64,000 bases of DNA from positions 40,238,001 through 40,302,000 of the forward strand of contig NC_091995.1 of NCBI RefSeq assembly GCF_044704955.1, in the 5' to 3' direction. A model generated the notes under the pieces. That model did not search any database and was not told where the DNA came from. It saw nothing but the letters and a program-made list of their open reading frames with translations. This document shows, piece after piece, positions 38,901 through 49,870 of the stretch. Position 1 is the first letter of the stretch. Every line of letters begins with the position of its first letter. Source of the stretch: Pristiophorus japonicus. Taxonomy: Eukaryota. Position numbers and translations under genes: made by a program.

Positions 38901-40162
38901 TGGTATATGAACTGTATAGGTACTCCACGTGAACTCGCTGAACTTCAGCTTCCAGCGATTTCCCCAGTATTCATTTGGCCTCGTAGGGCTTACATTGGGC
39001 CCGTCCTCCTTGTACATCAACCTGGCTGCAGGCTTCCTGCACATACGCGCCAAGTGACCGCTGACGTTGCAGTTTCTGCAAGTATATTGCTGATACCTGC
39101 AAGCTCTGGCTGGGTGTTTGCCTCCACACCTCCAGCATGAGATGGAGGCCCCATTGTTGGAAACAAAAGGTCCATTACCAGTTGATCATCTCTGACTGTC
39201 TCTGTAACTCTCCTTAAGCGCACCATTAACATGTGTTGATGGTCCCATTACTGGCCGCATTGTCCATTGCGATGGCATGAATCACCGTTCAACTAGCCAT
39301 TGTCTCTGTTGAATTCCCCCTTTGGGTGACTGCATGCTGGGGTATATCTGATTGCCCTTGTATGCCTAGAGAACTGTGTGCCGCGTTAACAATGTTGACT
39401 CCCTGGTCGTTTGCCGCATTTGAGCCAAGATTTTTGCCATAAATCATTTGGTCTCTTCCTCCCCTGAGATAATTGTCTGGGCTATCAGAGCTGCCGCTTC
39501 CAAGGTCAAGTCTTTGGTCTCAATTAGTTTCCTGAAAACCCCAGCGTGTCCGATGCCCTCAATAAAAATAATCTCGCAGCATCTCTGCTCTGCATGCATC
39601 TGGGAGCTTACATAGGCTCACCAGTCGCCGGAGATCTGCCATGAAGTCTGGAACGCTTTGCCCTTCTCGCCGCTGGTGTGTAAAACCGATGTCTCGCCAT
39701 GTGCATGCTGCTCGCCTGTTTAAGGTGTTCCCTGATCAACTTACTGAGCTCTTCGAATGTCTTGTCCGCCGGCTTCTCTGGCTAGAAGATCCTTCATCAG
39801 GGAGTACGTCCTGGATCCACAAACCGTCAGGAGATGAGCCCTGCGTTTGTCGGCCGAATCCTGTCCCAACCATTCGTTAGTGACAAAACTTTGCTGTAGT
39901 CTCTCAATAAAGTCGTCCCAATCATCACCAACACAGTACCTCTCTTCTGTGCTGCTAGTGGCCATGCTCGCGTGGTTTAAATCCCAGTTTCCCGTCGCCA
40001 ATAATATGTCCTTACTATACAGTACAAATGCACACGAGGCCCATACTTGAGAGAAGATCACTCTGTGACCAGTTACCTTTATATACAAGTGGTCAGTGTT
40101 CTCAAGGTGTACAACTTAGGTCAGCTTATACATGGGTTACAATGACAGTTGAATACATGACA
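35951..40162 (-). mobile_element. Ty3/Gypsy LTR retrotransposon, defective (gag, protease, RT, integrase; RNase H region deleted)
   Basis: 3' LTR 35951-36197, 5' LTR 40002-40162 (internally deleted), TSD CTCAC, PBS TGGCGAC at ~39994-40000, polypurine tract next to 36198; RT FSKLDLTSAY; integrase HPGIVMMK..WWPGID..HVDYAGP..VVDAYSKW. Confidence 0.95.
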
Positions 40163-40169
40163 CTCACAC

Positions 40170-41430
40170 ACACAGCGAGTACAGGAGGTGCGGAAAGTTG
40201 CCTCTGGTGCTCACCCCGTACTGCTCCAGGCTGTGAGCAGCAGGCGCCGGTCAATTCTCAGTCAGTGGGGCGGATCTTGCCTTTGTGCGACAGTGTAAAA
40301 CGGGGGAGAACCAGTCGGCAGCACCTTGTACATCGCTCCAGGGTGTTACTGCCATCGAACTCAACAGAAGGGGGAAACGGGGAGAAAGATGGGAAACGGG
40401 CGGGACTCGCTGTCGCCCACTTTACCCCATCGCACGGAGTCAACATTCCCCGAGTGGAACTGCACATGCTGGGAATCTGATCAAAGCAGCAAATGTTGCA
40501 AATATGCAGCGGGTCAGTCTGAGAGAAACAGATGGGTAAACTCTGGGAGATCAAACTTCACCAGAACCTGTACGGGTCGCCTCAAAGCTTCATCCTGACG
40601 CGAATCGGAAGGTGTAAAAGAGGTTCCCGGGTCGCTGGCACCCGTCCCCCCTGCGATTAAAGTCAATCCCTCCCCTTGTATGTTGAATGATTTGTCCGAT
40701 TGATCGGGAGGTTTAAAAGGTTTTTCAAGTTCTCAGGCGGTGCAATGAAGCATTTAAAGTGCAGCTTCCCGCCGGCTGGAGTTACACTGAAACAAACAGG
40801 TGTGAACTCGAAGCGACCGAGCCGCGTTCCTGCAGGAGTCTCGCCGCTGGACTCCTGGTCACTCGGGTGGTCAGGCCGGGACTGGGATCGTAGGTATACT
40901 GAAACTTCCCTCCCCGCAAGCCCGCTGTGCGGGAAGACACTGTCAGTCCCCCTCCGGCTGACCAGGGTCAACAAAGAAGCTGCCCCAATAACTGGACGGC
41001 AATGTCAGGCTATCTGGAGAGTGATGGACTTCATCTAATCCAACCAAAGGGAGAAGCGAGGCTGAGAAGCAGGATGGAGATTGCAATCCGGCTCCATCGC
41101 TACACTGCCTCACACACTGGCCCGTCTCCCTCTGTGAAACACCTGATGTAACCCACAGACCTGCCCGTCCCAGTCTAAGATCAGAGGGTGAGCCTGTCGA
41201 CATTGAATGGTGCAGCGGGAACCGGCTACTCACCAGATAGGGCCGCTTGGAGGCAGTGGAAGCTCAGTACAAGTGACAGAAACATGCCGTCCCGTCCGTT
41301 CGCCGCCTCTCCCAGTGACAAGCCGAGACTGAGCGCTTTGAATGGACCCGAGCCCAGCTTCACTCACAAGTGGTCGGTGCGGGAGCTCAGCGTCCAATCG
41401 CAATAAAACATGTGGATCCGTCACTGGTTA
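40170..41430. promoter_or_regulatory. CpG-rich island over the promoter, leader exon and start of intron 1 of the class I gene
   Basis: Visibly high CpG density in non-repeat sequence compared with the CpG-depleted flanks; not formally computed. Confidence 0.7.
41234..41285 (-). CDS. Signal-peptide (leader) exon 1 of the MHC class I gene: MFLSLVLSFHCLQAALS
   Basis: ggcATG start (G at -3), 17 codons + 1 nt, hydrophobic core ending A-L-S, consensus phase-1 donor G|GTGAGT; joins in frame to the exon at 7259 (G+AG = Glu). Confidence 0.85.
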
Positions 41431-41451
41431 TCAAGGACTGTCCCTGAACTG
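41394..41451 (-). promoter_or_regulatory. MHC SXY-type promoter module: X1 (CCTTGATAACCAG, 41424-41436), X2 (TGACG, 41419-41423), Y box (ATTGG, 41394-41398), possible S box (CAGTTCA, 41445-41451)
   Basis: Order, orientation and 20-nt X2-to-Y spacing fit MHC enhanceosome promoters; Y box lies 108 nt upstream of the leader ATG. Confidence 0.78.
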
Positions 41452-41456
41452 TAAGC

Positions 41457-41810
41457 ACAGAATCACAGAATGGTCACAGCACGGAAGGTGGCCATTTGGC
41501 CCGTCGAGCCCGTGCCGGCTCTCTCCAAGAACAATTCAGCTCGCCCCACTATCTGCCATTTTCCCGTACCACTGCATTTTTTTCCTTCGGGTACTTACCC
41601 AATTACCTTTTGAAAGTCACTATTGAATCTGCCTCCACCACCCTTTAAGCAGTGTATTTCAGATCCGAACCACTCGCTGGGTAAAAAAGTTTTTCCTCAT
41701 GTTGTCTTTGGTTCTTCCAATCACCTTAAATCTGTCTCCTCTGTTTCTCGACCCTTTTGCCAATGGGAACAGTTTCTCTCTATCTGCTCTGTCCAGACCC
41801 CTCATGAATA
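41457..41810 (-). mobile_element. CR1 LINE 3' end abutting the promoter module
   Basis: cacagaatcacagaa tail, ggccatttggccc 3' UTR, degenerate RT C-terminus. Confidence 0.82.
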
Positions 41811-42405
41811 TTCATCAAATATGCAAAGAAACTGATATTAAATCAGTAAAACAGTAATATATAGAATTGCAAGCTTATTATAAGATGTTACGTTCTTCCT
41901 ATGTGAGCGACACTGGTAAGCCAGCATTTTTCCCATCCCTTCTTGCCTTGACTGCATTAAGAGCCAGCTATATTGGGTGGGATAGAATCGTTTGCAGGCC
42001 AGACCATATAGGGTGTGTGAGGTTTAATTCTCTGTGAGCCATTAGTGAAACAAATTGTTTTTTATGATAATCCGCCAGCTTCCGTGGTCATTTTTCTTGC
42101 TGATAGCCCACAAATAAGATTTATTGATTTCAATTTTCAGCTTCCTATGTTGGAATTTAGACTCAACACCTCTGGGCTTCTCGCCCAGTACTATCCTCAC
42201 TAGGCTACTGTATTATCCCCTTCACTCGTCCAGAAACATTTATTGATGTATTTACAGAACACTGCTTTCATAGTTCTCTGGTCCATCTGAATCAATAGGC
42301 AACAGTAAGTAATAGAATTCAACTAGGATTGTGGGCTGTACGTTTTGCCAGGTGGATTCAAGGAACTTTACATGATTGCATTTCAATTTTTACAAACCAA
42401 CTTAC

Positions 42406-42665
42406 TTGAACTTGGGTTGATCTGCTGTAACGCTCTGGAAACTTGCCCTTTCTGATTCTGTGGAAACTAGCTACAGCAATTATGAGTCCATCCCAGTAAC
42501 TGGCGTCATAGGATTTCATCATCCACTGCTTCTTTGGAACCGTTATGTACATAATGCTGTAATAATAGTCTATCTCACAGTTATCAACAACTTCCATTAT
42601 ACTACAGTCCAGAAGATGAGAAATCCCATTTTTGAGTGTGTAGTGATACATCAAAGAGTCAGAAC
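42406..42665 (-). pseudogene. Orphan, frameshifted MHC class I alpha1 exon (paralogue of 6999-7259)
   Basis: (G)SDSLMYHYTLKNG...VDNCEIDYY...ITVPKKQW...SYWD...ASFH..KG; splice sites ttctag|GT and A|gtaagt at homologous positions, but length is 260 nt; the homologous end LQQINPSS is in a shifted frame. Confidence 0.88.
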
Positions 42666-42827
42666 CTAGAACACTAACATATTGGAATAACATCAAATGT
42701 TAGAAATACCAGATCACTATGAAATTTATACAAGGGTGTAAACTTATATTCTGATATGAAATAGTTAATTAGTGGAACTTAATACAAGTTTTCTGAGAAG
42801 ATAAAATGGCACATAAAAGATGGCCGT

Positions 42828-42903
42828 TTATCTATCTATCTGCCTAGCTATCTCTATCTACTTCAATATCTATCTATCCATCCATCCATCCATCTATCCA
42901 TCC
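42828..42903. repeat. (TATC)n/(TCCA)n microsatellite
   Basis: Direct reading. Confidence 0.85.
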
Positions 42904-43651
42904 TTGTAAACTAGTCACACTGAAATTATGCAATCTGACCACGGTGTTTCCACAAATCACTCAAACATCTTTCTGTGTTTTTTCCATCACGGTTGTCTCA
43001 GTAACTGAACATTCTAATATCCACAATAAGAGATTACATTTTAAAACCTCAAAAATTACATTGTGCAATCATTAATTGTATCCACTAAATTGTCTTTTGC
43101 ATATTTTAACGCCTTCCTCACACTACACTTTCAGAAGCTCGGTCTTTGAGATGAATTGTGACGGTTCAATCTGGGTTTGTGCACTAGGCCTAATTTCCGA
43201 GCATACACCTGTACCGTTCAGTCAGTGGGGAATGGTTTTCTTTACATTTTGCCAGGTTTTCTCAATAATGTTTCCTGAACTAATGTTGAAGAAACCTGGA
43301 GGACCAGTGCCAAATCTTTACTGTGGTAAAACTAAAGTTGACATTTTGTATCAGCGAATAAGGCCATTGGGTCCATTGCAACCCATCCCTCTGGGGCCAG
43401 GACTATCCCAGTAGATTCCGAGCTGCATTTGGAACATTGCCAATGATAACCATTTCTGCTTTGACACTGAGGAATTTATCGCAGCTTTCAGCATCCTTGA
43501 GGAAAGTTGCTCCTATTATTTGTTTCCGACTCCCAAACCTCTAACTTAGATCTATGTCTTCTGACTTATTTTAAACTGTTATTCAGCACTCATGAAAATG
43601 GCTTCAACAGACTAAAATGAAATCTCCCTATGGGATAGTGGGACCCCCAAC

Positions 43652-44582
43652 TCACTGATATGGAAAAAGCTTGAGTGATTGTGTGAAACCATAACACACT
43701 GATATGAAATCACTCTGTGGGACTGTGTGAACATTAACACACTGATATGAAATCACCCTGTGGGACTGTGTGAACATTAACACACTGATATGAAATCACC
43801 CGGTGGGACTGTGTGAACCTTTAATACACTGATATGAAATTACTCTGTGGGACTGTGTGAACCTTTAATACACTGATATGAAATCACCCTGTGGGACTGT
43901 GTGAACATTAACACACTGATATGAAATCACCCGGTGGGACTGTGTGAACCTTTAATACACTGATAGGAAATCACTCTGTTGGACTGTGTGAACCTTTAAT
44001 ACACTGATATGAAATTACTCTGTGGGACTGTGTGAACCTTTAATACACTGATAGGAAATCACTCTGTGGGACTGTGTGAACATTAACACACTGATATGAA
44101 ATCACCCGGTGGGACTGTGTGAACCTTTAATACACTGATATGAAATCACCCTGTGGGACTGTGTGAACATTTAACACACTGATATGAAATTACTCTATGG
44201 GACTGTTTGAACATTAACACACTGATATGAAATCGCCCTGTGGGACTGTGTGAACATTTAACACACTGATATGAAATCTTCCTGTGAGGCAGTGTGAACA
44301 TGAACACACTGATATGAAATCACCCGGTGGGACTGTGTGAACCTTTAATACACTGATATGAAATCACCCTGTGGGACTGTGTGAACATTCACACACTGAT
44401 ATGAAATCATCCTGTGGGACTGTGTGAACATTAACACACTGATATGAAATCACCCTGTGAAACTGTGTGAACATTAATACACTGATATGAAATCGCTCTG
44501 TGGGGACTGTGTGAACATTTAACACACTGATATTAAATCACTCTGTGAGACAGTGTGAACATTTAACACACTGATATGAAAT
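43652..44582. repeat. Minisatellite, 43-44-bp unit, ~21 copies (acactgatatgaaatcaccctgtgggactgtgtgaacatta..)
   Basis: Period measured at 43741, 43784, 43828. Confidence 0.95.
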
Positions 44583-45449
44583 TTCCCATTGTTCGAGTTT
44601 TGTTTTGCACCTGGGTCGCCCCGTGAGGGTTTCCAATCTTTCCCTTTCACACCACCCCACTCCTCACCCAAAATACTCTAAATATCTTATGGCTTCCGGC
44701 CAAGCAAGACCAAGGAAGGGTCCCGCTGGGCCCCAACTACGAATCAGCCCTCTCTCCCTTAACTGAAGATTTAGTGCTGCTCCTTATTGAAGGCAGTTTG
44801 GGGACGCTCGGGGAAGCACGGACACAGAATCTCCGCTGAGTGGGGACTTCAATGTCCACCGCCAAAAGTAGCTCTGTAGTCTCTGCACTGGTAAAGGTGG
44901 GGCATGTGTACTGGCCCAAGAGCTTCTGTACCCGGTAATGTTTTGCTGCTGATTACTGAATACAGTTACAGGAATAATACTGGTACATAGAACTGTGCAC
45001 TGTAACATGTGGAGCAGAGGTGCTGCCGTTGCAGTTAACTGCACTGGCAGATCTGGTCATGGCGTGGATCCCCGGAAAGAAGGCATACGGAAAATATGCC
45101 TTGTTAACAAGTCAAGTCCTGTGACACGAAATATTAGACATTGCATAGTAAATACGGTTTGTTCATGGCTTGTTTTGCTGTTATGGAGCAAATTGCAAAT
45201 GTGTCATGAAGTTCCAGCTGTCCTCTCGTGCGTGGATCACTGAATGTGCATCATGTAAAGGAAACAGCTTTGTTGAAGGAAGGTGGGCATCGGTCCAGTT
45301 CAGCAGATGTTAAAGCTGCGAAGTTTAATGTTCTGTCACTCAGTGTTCGCAGAAAGTCCCTGCAGATAAAGCGCAAGCGACAGCAAATGGTGCACAGAGC
45401 ACATTGATTAAAGCTTCCTCTACATGGTACACAGTCGGATCAAGCCCTC

Positions 45450-46774
45450 GACCATCCCGGGCCCACCCTCGGTACATTCATTGTGTACACACAGTGACTG
45501 ATGTACAGGGACCACCCCGGGCCCAGCTCTCAGTACATTCATTGTGTACACACAGTGACTGATGTACAGGGACCATCCCGGGCCCAGCTCTCAGTATATC
45601 CATTGTGTACACACAGTGACTGATGTACAGGGACCATCCCGGGCCCAGCTCTCAGTACATCCATTGTGTACACACAGTGACTGATGTACAGGGACCATCC
45701 TGGGCCCAGCTCTCAGTATATCCATTGTGTACACACAGTGACTGATGATTAGGGACCATCCCAGGCCTAGCCCTCAGTACACCCATTGTGTACACACAGT
45801 GAGTGATGTACAGCGAGCATCCGGGGCCAGCTCTCAGTACACCCATTGTGTACAGACAGTGACTGATGTACAGGGACCATCCCTGGCCCAGCCCTCGGTA
45901 TATCCATTGTGTACACACAGTGAGTGATGTACAGCGACCAACCTGGGAGCAGCCCTCAGTACATCCATTGTGTACACACAGTGACTGATGTGCAGGAACT
46001 ATTCCAGGCCCAGCTCTCAGTAGATCCATTGTGTACACACAGTGAGTGATGCACATGGACTATCCCAGATCCAGCCCTCAGTACATCCATTGTGTACACA
46101 CAGTGACTGATGTACAGGGACGATCCCGAGCCCAGTTCTCAGTACACCCATTGTGTACATACCGTGAGTGCTATACATGTATCATCCCCAGCCCAGGCTC
46201 AGTACACCCATTGTGTACCTACAGTGACTGATGTACAGGGACCATCCCGGGCTCAGCCCTCAGTACGCCCGTTGTGTACACACAGTGACTGATGTACAGG
46301 GACCATCCCGGACCCAGCACTCAGTACATCCATTGTGTACACACAGTGACTGATGTACAGGGACCAACCCGGGCCCAGCCCTCAGTACACCCATTGTGTA
46401 CACATAGTGACTGATGTACAGGGACCATCCCGGGCTCAGCCCTCAGTACACCCATTGTGTACACACAGTGAGTGATGTACAGGGACCATCCCAGGCCAAG
46501 CCCTCGGTACATCCTTTGTGTACACACAGTGACTGATGTACAGGGACCATCCTGGGCTCAGCCCTCAATACACCCATTGTGTACACACAGTGAGTGATGT
46601 ACATGTACCATCCCCTGGCCCAGGTCTCAGTACATCCATTGTGTACACACAGTGACTGATGTACAGGGACCATCCCGGGCCCAGCTCTCAGTACACCCAT
46701 TGTGTACACACAGTGACTGATGTACAGGGACCATCCCGGGCCCAGTCCTCGGTACATCCTATGTGTACACACAG
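45450..46774. repeat. Minisatellite, 61-bp unit (left part, ~22 copies)
   Basis: ttgtgtacacacagtgactgatgtacagggaccatcccgggcccagctctcagtacatcca-type unit; period 61 at 45481, 45542, 45603. Confidence 0.95.
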
Positions 46775-49700
46775 TGATATGACCTTACCATATTGATACG
46801 TCCTTACTAGACAGTATAAATGCACACGAGACCCATGCTTGAGAGAAGGTCAATCTGTGACCTGTCCTTTATTCCTTAGCACTCAAGTGATGAAGGTGGG
46901 CGGAGCTTCCCCTTTTCTACCCGAAGGTCCAGGTTAGGAGTGTCTCCCACAAGTTCACCACCTAGTGGTCATTGTTCTCACAGTGTACAACTTAGGTCAG
47001 ATTATACATGGGTTACAATGCTGGTTGAAAACATGACATCACCTCCCCCCCCAAAGTCTTATTGGGATCACAGGTTGAGTCTCTCTGGTTGTTTACGCTC
47101 TCTTGTAGAGCGCCTGAGTTGGGCTCTGGTTGTTGGGCACTGGCCTGAGTGTCTGCTGTTTGCAGTGCCTCAGGCCTATCCGGACTGCCCACAGTGACTG
47201 GGCTCTCCTCCCTTTGATTACGGTGTTTGGTCACCTGTGGTGGAGTGAACTCTATGTCGTGTTCTTCCTCTGCTTCTTCTACGGGTTTGCTGCACCTCCT
47301 TTTAGTTTGATCCACGTGTTTGCGGCAGATTTGTCCATTGGTAAGTTTAACTACCAGAATCCTATTTCCCTCTTTGGCAATCACAGTGCCTGCGAGCCAT
47401 TTGGGCCCTGCAGCGTAGTTGAGGACAAAAACAGGGTCATTTACATCAATACATCGCGCCCTCGCATTCCCATCGTGGAAGTCACATTGTGACTGGCGCC
47501 TGCTCTCAACAATTTCTTTCATGGTGGGGTGTATACGGGATAACCGGGTTTTGAGCGTCTTTTTCAATCACAGCTATGCGGGTGGAACCCCTGTGAGTGA
47601 ATGTGGTCGGGATCTGTAGGCCAACAAGAGGCATGATAAGCGCCTTTGTAGGGAACCCCATTGGATTCTGAGCATCCTCTGTTTGATTATCTGCACTGCT
47701 CATTCTGCCTGGCCGTTTAAGGCCGGCTTGAACGGTGCCTTCTGACATGGTTAATTCCATTGCCTGCCATGAAGTCCTGGAATTCAATGCTTGTAAAGCA
47801 CGGGCCATTGTCACTGACCAAGACGTCCAGTAGACGGTGGGCGGTGAACATTGCCCGTAAACTTTCTACCGTGGCAGAGGATGTGCTTGAATTTAAAATT
47901 TCACACTCGATCCATTTGGAGTAGGCGTCTACTACAACCAAAAACATTTTTCCCATGAAAGGACCAGCGTAGTCTACATGGATGCGTGACCAAGGCTTGG
48001 CGGGCCAGGACCAGGGGCTAAGGGGGGCTTCCCTGGATGCGTTGCCCAGCTGGGCTCACGTGTTGCACCTGCGAACACAAAGTTCCAGATCTGCGTCTAT
48101 CCCTGGCCACCAAACGTGTGACCTGGCAATTGCCTTCATCATGACAATGCCCAGGTGCTCATTGTGGAGTTCTCTGATGAACACCTCTCTGCCCATCTGG
48201 GGCATGACTACGTGGTTACCCCACAGTAGGCAATCGGCCTGAATCGAGAGTTCATCCCTGCGCCTGTGAAATGGTTTAAATTCCTCAGAGCATGCCCTGT
48301 GCATGGCTGACCAGTCCCCATTCAGAACACATTTCTTGACTAGAGACAATAGCGGGTCTCTATTAGTCCAGACTTTAATCTGACGGGCTGTTACGGGTGA
48401 GCCTTCGTTTTCGAAAGCTTCAACAGCCATGACCATCTCAGCAGCATGCTCGGTAGCCCTCTCAGTGGTGGCTAGTGGAAGCCTGCTGAGTGCATTGGCG
48501 CAGTTTTCGGTGCCCGGTCTGTGCCGAATTGTAAAATCATAGGCGGCTAATGTGAGTGCCCACCTCTGTATGCCTTGAGCACCGGCACAGTCGGGCTCGT
48601 CCAGTCATTGAATTCGACTGGCGAAATGATGCCTTCCCTCAGCAGGCAGTCCAATTCGCCTTCTATCTTTTCCCGCATCACATACAGCACCGCCCTGACC
48701 TTGTGGTGTACTGGCCTGGCGTCCAGGTTTATGTGAATCACTACCTTGGCCCACATGAAAGTGCCAATGCCGGGTTGAAATAATGAGTCAAATTTGTCCA
48801 GGACCTGTGAGCATGATACTCGCTCCACAGAGGAAATTGCATTGACATCGCCCCATTTCCAGTTCATGACAACAAGCCAACTCCTCCCCAGTAGTGTGGG
48901 ACCGTCCCCCGGGACAACCCAGAGTGGCAAGCTGTTCTCTGAATCTTTGTGGGTCACGACTACCATGGCGCTGTCCGTAGCTGGGCGTCAATCAGCGATA
49001 ATTTTGGCCTCCTGGCCTTGGGCGCCCACAACTTTTTGAACTGTTTGATACCCATCAGGGACTGGCTGGCCCCCGTGTCTAGCTCCATTGAAACTGGGAT
49101 GCCATTGAGGAGCACTTTCATCATCATCGGTGGCGTCCTGGTGTATTAACTGTATACGTGCTCCACATGAACTCGCTGAACTTCAGCTTCCAGTGATTTC
49201 CCCCAGCATTCATTTCTGCAGGTATTTTGCTCATCCCTGCAAACTCCGGCTGAATGTGTGCCTCCACGCCTCCAACATGAGTTGCTGTTGGAAACAAAAG
49301 ATCCCTTGCCAGTCGATCGTCCCTGACTACCCCTGTTATTGTCCTTGTGTGCGCCATTAATAGGTGATGATGACCCCATTACTGGCCGCATTGTCCCTTG
49401 CAATGGTGTGAATCGCTGTTCAGCTTGCCATTGTCTCTGTCAAACTCCCCCTCTGGGTTCGACTACATGTTGGGGCATGCCCGATTGCCCTTGTCTGCCT
49501 GGAGAACTGTGTGCTGCTTTAACAATGTTGAATCTCTGTCCCAACCATTTTTTAACAGAGTACCTCTCGTCTGTTCTGCTAGTGGCCATGCTCGCGTGGT
49601 TTAAATCCCAGTTTCTTGTCGCCATTGATATGTCCTTACTATACAGTATAAATGCACATGAGGCCCATGCTTGAGAGAAGGTCAATCTGTGACCTGTCCT

Positions 49701-49870
49701 TTATTCCTTAGCACTCAAGTGATGAAGGTGGGCAGAGCTTCCCCTTTTCGACCCGAAGGTCCAGGTTAGGAGTGTCTCCCACAAGTTCACCACCTAGTGG
49801 TCATTCATCTCACAGTGTACAACTTAGATCAGATTATACATGGGTTACAATGCTGGTTGAATACATGACA
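46775..49870 (-). mobile_element. Ty3/Gypsy LTR retrotransposon, internally deleted, same family as 35951-40162
   Basis: 3' LTR 46775-47038, 5' LTR 49626-49870, TG...CA ends, TSD CACAG, PBS TGGCGAC, integrase ORFs 47013-48436; most of gag and RT/RNase H missing. Confidence 0.95.

Noticed and set aside
40028-41626. Many short ORFs over the CpG island
   Set aside because: Expected in GC-rich promoter/intron sequence; none has a recognisable domain, only the 52-nt leader is supported
43652-44582. CRISPR-like appearance of regular repeats
   Set aside because: Head-to-tail units with no unique spacers, eukaryotic context, no cas genes
45652-46772. Cys/His-rich periodic ORFs resembling zinc fingers
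   Set aside because: Translations of a 61-bp (non-triplet) minisatellite; no C2H2 spacing or linker
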